Shown: piece after piece, positions 30,560-32,000 of the stretch
How the letters are laid out: every line of letters begins with the position of its first letter
Numbering within the stretch: position 1 is the first letter of the stretch
Assembly: GCF_000012285.1 (NCBI RefSeq)
Contig: NC_007181.1
Span: forward strand, 120,001 to 152,000
Source of the DNA: Sulfolobus acidocaldarius DSM 639
GTDB lineage: Archaea > Thermoproteota > Thermoprotei_A > Sulfolobales > Sulfolobaceae
DNA: 32,000 bases
Reading direction: 5' to 3'
The notes under the pieces: generated by a model
What the model was told of the DNA's origin: nothing
The model's database searches: none
The model's input: only the letters and a program-made list of their open reading frames with translations
Program-made: the position numbers and the translations under genes

Positions 30560-31712
30560 GATGTTTAGAATTACGACATTTGGAGAGAGTCATGGTCCAA
30601 TGATAGGTGTGATTGTGGACGGCGTTCCTGCAGGACTTTACATAAGTAAGGAGGATATCGAGTTTGAATTGAGTTTTCGAAGACCAGGTAAGCAATTCGT
30701 TAGCGGAAGGAGGGAGAAGGATGAGCCTGAAATTGTCAGCGGGGTTTATAATGGTAGAACCACAGGTGCCCCGCTAACTATCATTATTAGAAATAATGAT
30801 GTGATCTCCTCACTATATGAGGAAGTTAAACATAAACCCAGACCAGGACATGCAGACTTACCGTATATCATGAAATACGGTTATGAGAATTGGGACTATA
30901 GGGGAGGAGGGAGATCGAGTGCAAGGGAGACCGCATCTAGAGTAGCAGCCTCTGCAATAGCCAAGAAATTACTCATGTTAACTGATACTGTGATAGGTGC
31001 ACATCTGAAGTCTTTGGGTCCAGTGGAACTTGATGAAGATGTTTCCTTCAGGGAGATATTCTGTTCTAAGTACAGCCCCGTAAGGGCAAGTAAGAAATGG
31101 CTTGAAGAGAAGTACGAGGAACTGATCAAACAAGCTACAGTTGAAGGAGATAGTTGGGGAGGAGTTGCTGAAGTTATTGCGGATAATGTGCCGATAGGTT
31201 TGGGTGAGCCAGTTTTTGATAAACTGAAGTCTGATTTAGCTAAGGCTTTACTTTCAATACCTGCAGTTGTTGGTTTTGAGTATGGGTTAGGATTTAAAGC
31301 AAGTAAAATGAAGGGTAGTGAGGCAAACGATGAAATAGTTATTAAGGATAATGGGAAACTGGGATGGAGATACAATAAGGCAGGAGGTATATTAGGTGGT
31401 CTTTCAAATGGCGAGAAATTAGTTTTGAGATGTGCATTTAAGCCTACTAGTTCAATAAGAAAACCACAGAAAACTGTAGATTTACGTACCTCTGAAGAGT
31501 CTACTATTCGTGTGATAGGTAGGCATGATCCTGCGGTAGCAATAAGAGGTGTCTCTGTGGCTGAGGCAATGGTTGCCTTAGTGTTAGTGGATCATGCACT
31601 TAGATCTGGTTATATTCCACCTGTAAAATTGAGTGAAGATCAAGCTAGGATTATAGAGGAGAAATGGAGGAGGTATGTAGAGGAATGCAAACCTATGCAG
31701 GAATCTCAGTAG
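30537..31712 (+). CDS. aroC: Chorismate synthase
   Basis: [61 protein letters not shown]. The canonical N-terminus supports the 30537 start, giving a 23 nt overlap with aroE. Confidence 0.97.
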   Translation: MPGNSLGKMFRITTFGESHGPMIGVIVDGVPAGLYISKEDIEFELSFRRPGKQFVSGRREKDEPEIVSGVYNGRTTGAPLTIIIRNNDVISSLYEEVKHKPRPGHADLPYIMKYGYENWDYRGGGRSSARETASRVAASAIAKKLLMLTDTVIGAHLKSLGPVELDEDVSFREIFCSKYSPVRASKKWLEEKYEELIKQATVEGDSWGGVAEVIADNVPIGLGEPVFDKLKSDLAKALLSIPAVVGFEYGLGFKASKMKGSEANDEIVIKDNGKLGWRYNKAGGILGGLSNGEKLVLRCAFKPTSSIRKPQKTVDLRTSEESTIRVIGRHDPAVAIRGVSVAEAMVALVLVDHALRSGYIPPVKLSEDQARIIEEKWRRYVEECKPMQESQ

Positions 31713-32000
31713 TAAACGCATTGCCAGGCTGGTACGGTTCATCAATGGCAATTGACTTAAAGGTAGAGGTGAAAGTCAGTGAGACTGAGTACTGTGAGAG
31801 TCAAGATATATTGATAGATACTATAATTCAATTCTTCAGACAAAAGTACAACCTACCTTGTATGAAGGCTGAAATAAACTCAGAGATTCCTCCAAAAGGA
31901 GGTTTGAAAAGCAGTAGTGCTGTTTCCACTGCGTTAATAGCTGAAATTATGAGAAGGTATAAGATAAAAGATGTCGATCCACCAAAATTATCCGCAATAC
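31684..32000 (+). CDS. aroK: Archaeal GHMP-type shikimate kinase, truncated at window edge
   Basis: Manual translation from ATG 31684: [31 protein letters not shown]...[32 protein letters not shown] (GHMP P-loop [11 protein letters not shown]). Missing from ORF track because it is open at the edge. Confidence 0.88.

Noticed and set aside
30896-31375. 159-aa minus-strand ORF antisense to chorismate synthase
   Set aside because: Ser/Pro/Leu-rich shadow ORF over a highly conserved gene.

Overview
This 32 kb window is an ordinary, gene-dense crenarchaeal chromosome segment. Codon usage, leaderless TATA promoters and gene families look Sulfolobaceae-like, and a Sulfolobus acidocaldarius-like genome is my inference, not a database result. 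I see no CRISPR array, IS element or integrated element. Main blocks: (i) a truncated NAD(P)H/CoA-disulfide oxidoreductase on the left edge; (ii) bifunctional PGI/PMI plus cysS; (iii) a Nudix hydrolase, gdhA, an OLD-like ATPase and type-4 UDG; (iv) regulators, a DapA-family aldolase and a 942-957 aa orphan P-loop NTPase; (v) an aldehyde dehydrogenase; (vi) an intron-containing tRNA-Arg(TCT); (vii) an information-processing cluster (TFS, Rpo11, Csl4, Dph2, uL16/L10e, Pcc1-like, RecJ-like, LPG-synthase-like membrane protein, E1-like); (viii) a tightly overlapped aromatic biosynthesis operon (split transketolase, aroQ-tyrA, DAHP synthase, aroB, aroE, aroC, truncated archaeal aroK). The most interesting sub-gene signals are two well-formed C/D box sRNA candidates (about 9968-10022 minus, about 11788-11843 plus). 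They are not in the ORF track, and their guides share the 8-nt core GGGTCGAT. The best candidate for an undescribed protein is the orphan P-loop NTPase at 12333-15161. I found no convincing evidence for a dramatic new multi-gene system.
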